Shown piece by piece: positions 56,076 to 57,821 of a stretch of 57,821 nt of DNA. Source of the stretch: Candidatus Fermentibacterota bacterium (GTDB lineage: Bacteria > JAFGKV01); the NCBI GenBank assembly GCA_016928395.1, contig JAFGKV010000193.1:1-57821 (forward strand), read 5' to 3'. The position numbers and the translations under genes are program-made. The notes below the pieces were generated by a model that was given only the letters and a program-made list of their open reading frames with translations, searched no databases and had not been told where the DNA came from. The number at the start of each line of letters is the position of its first letter. The first letter of the stretch is position 1.

Positions 56076-57380
56076 ATGCCTTCCCTTGGCCACGTTTCGC
56101 GGCGAGACTTCATGCGACAGATGGCCCTGGCAGCGACGAGCACCGTGCTCCCGTGGAGCCCGTCACACGCGACATCTCGTTCGGGCAACATCCTTCCCGG
56201 AAGGATCGGTATCATCGAGGATCTGAACGCAAGCACCGGGAGTACCGTCAACCTCAATGTGGTCACACAGATGGTTGATACGGGGCTCATTGAGCTCACG
56301 GGAAACTCCGACCCTGTCACGGCATGGGAGAGCCTGTTCCCGGAACTGGATGCCACGAAGCGAATCACCATCAAGGTGAACATTCTGAATGATCTGGTCC
56401 CCACACGGTGGGAGATGGTCAAGGGGATCACCGACCGGCTCGTGCAGATGCTGGGCGGCACATTTCCCCCCGGCAATATCACCATCTTCGACAAAGTGCC
56501 ATCGGGGTTCCCCTCAACCATGGCGGGGTGCGGCTTCACGGCGGGGCACTTTCCCGGGATTGTGATCTCCGGTGAAAGCAATCCTGACACCGAGGTCTGG
56601 GTCGGTGATACAACCCTTCTACTCAGCTCGCACATCGCCACCTGCGACTACTTCATCAACTGCCCGGTACTCAAGGATCATCATCAGGCCGGCAAGCGAT
56701 GGACCCTGGGCTTCAAGAACCACATCGGCAGCGTCTCCCCCATGACGTGTCACTCGTACGAACCGCGCCTGCTTTCTCTGAGTGCGTCACCGCATCTGCA
56801 GAACAAGACCAAGCTCATCATTACGTCGGCCATCCACGCGATCTTCACCAACGGTCCGGAAGGCCCCGCGCAGGGCTGGAGCCTCTTCCCCGAGGAGTCG
56901 ACTCCGAATCTGATCATGCTCTCGACCGATCCGGTTTCTTCGGAACACTGGGGCATCCATTTGATCAATCAGCAAAGAGCGATCCATAACATCACGATAT
57001 ACCAGGACACGTACTGCCAGCATGCGGCGGAACCCCCGTACAACCTCGGCGTGTACGACTTCGCCGCCCATGACGTGTTCACATCGCTTCCCTCGCCCCA
57101 GAACCTCAGCGCATCCCACACTGGGTTGGGAACGATGGTGTCATGGTCGCCCGTCGCAGGGGCATCGAAGTACATCGTGTTTAGATCCGGCGATCCCTAC
57201 TTCGCACCTGATCCATGGGGTGGAACGAACGTGATCGGAGAAACGACTGGGACTTCGTACCTCGATGCTGATTCTGCCACAGAATCTCCGGGCTACTACA
57301 TCGTCCGCGCCTTCAGAGCGTGCTGGTACTCCGCCGACTCGGCGCGGGTCGCCGTGTTCTCGTTCCCGTTAGATCAGTAG
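56076..57380 (+). CDS. Tat-exported DUF362-family protein with a C-terminal FN3-like domain
   Basis: SRRDFM twin-arginine signal; IKVN, INCPVLKDH, TLGFKNHIG, DPV; W.PV.GA.KY.VFRS; AGGAG SD. Confidence 0.82.
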   Translation: MPSLGHVSRRDFMRQMALAATSTVLPWSPSHATSRSGNILPGRIGIIEDLNASTGSTVNLNVVTQMVDTGLIELTGNSDPVTAWESLFPELDATKRITIKVNILNDLVPTRWEMVKGITDRLVQMLGGTFPPGNITIFDKVPSGFPSTMAGCGFTAGHFPGIVISGESNPDTEVWVGDTTLLLSSHIATCDYFINCPVLKDHHQAGKRWTLGFKNHIGSVSPMTCHSYEPRLLSLSASPHLQNKTKLIITSAIHAIFTNGPEGPAQGWSLFPEESTPNLIMLSTDPVSSEHWGIHLINQQRAIHNITIYQDTYCQHAAEPPYNLGVYDFAAHDVFTSLPSPQNLSASHTGLGTMVSWSPVAGASKYIVFRSGDPYFAPDPWGGTNVIGETTGTSYLDADSATESPGYYIVRAFRACWYSADSARVAVFSFPLDQ

Positions 57381-57468
57381 TCGACGCGGGCCGCACACCG
57401 GATGAGCACTCTGTTCGCCCGGGGACTCCTCCTTTTCACTACTGTGGATCGAGAGAGCTCGTCCCAGG

Positions 57469-57821
57469 CCCGAGTTCCGCAGTTACGGGTTTGAATCCTC
57501 TCCAGTGACGGCCTTCTGTGTAGTCACCTATGAAGTAGCGATCCAGCCCGTACAGATCGCTGAGCTGTTCCGCCAGCGGGCTGTTCTTCTCCAGCACCCG
57601 GCCCCCGCTCTCGTCAGGGCACACCAGATACGCCTCCCGTATGCCCCCATTGCCAGCAGCCATACCCGCGCACTCATGCTCAATCCCGCCTGCTCCGCTT
57701 CCAGGAGTAGCAGCTTCAGCAGCAACAGCCCCGGCACGCAGCAGAATGCATGCATCCGGATCTTCGTGTCCGTCCAGTTCCGGATCGGCCACATGCTTAC
57801 TTCACTCCGATCCTTCAGCTC
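57469..57821 (-). mobile_element. 3' end of an IS1634-family element with a frameshifted transposase C-terminus (cut by the window edge)
   Basis: ELKDRSEVSMWPIRNWTDTKIRMHAFCC resembles the IS1634 RP..HW...I..H motif; reading continues in another frame (GIREAYL...); candidate terminus ...CTGCGGAACTCGGG near 57469. Confidence 0.7.

Noticed and set aside
1-57821. tRNA, rRNA or CRISPR array
   Set aside because: No cloverleaf, rRNA signature or repeat-spacer periodicity seen by eye; a covariance-model scan is needed to exclude small RNAs.

Overview
GC-rich bacterial chromosomal window, probably from an anaerobic non-Bacteroidota FCB-superphylum lineage (inferred from T9SS-type C-terminal tails, a PorV/PorQ-like gene and a TonB-dependent receptor). 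Main contents: (1) an accessory block at 0-6.2 kb with nikR, a GyrI-like fusion, an SGNH hydrolase, a nucleotidyltransferase plus a small ORF, an alpha/beta hydrolase, RDD and a nitroreductase; (2) a tightly coupled 19-gene operon (6547-21984) encoding a group 4 membrane-bound [NiFe]-hydrogenase with a full Mrp/Mbh antiporter set, preceded by an AsrAB/Flx-like NAD(P)H module and an apparently cofactor-less molybdopterin-oxidoreductase-like subunit, and ending in a maturation protease and an orphan histidine kinase; (3) a 1414-aa internally duplicated exported protein with a signal-peptide-like segment in its middle; (4) an RRM protein, an acyltransferase and a TBDR - T9SS-like cargo - PorV-like operon; (5) a degenerate Ddl-like ATP-grasp gene, mfd, a SurA-like PPIase and a Zn/Mn ABC transporter; (6) a second accessory block (PAS-GGDEF, M48, OFA-type MFS plus beta-carbonic anhydrase, PPC-repeat T9SS cargo, S2P-CBS, Usp, DHH, FitAB/VapBC, Tat-DUF362) ending in a frameshifted IS1634-family transposase fragment. 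The strongest non-coding signal is an AT-rich palindrome, CTATTCTMA-NN-TKAGAATAG, found three times and always between genes (6232, 50808, 54614). I saw no rRNA, tRNA or CRISPR array. All family calls come from motif recognition by eye, not database searches.
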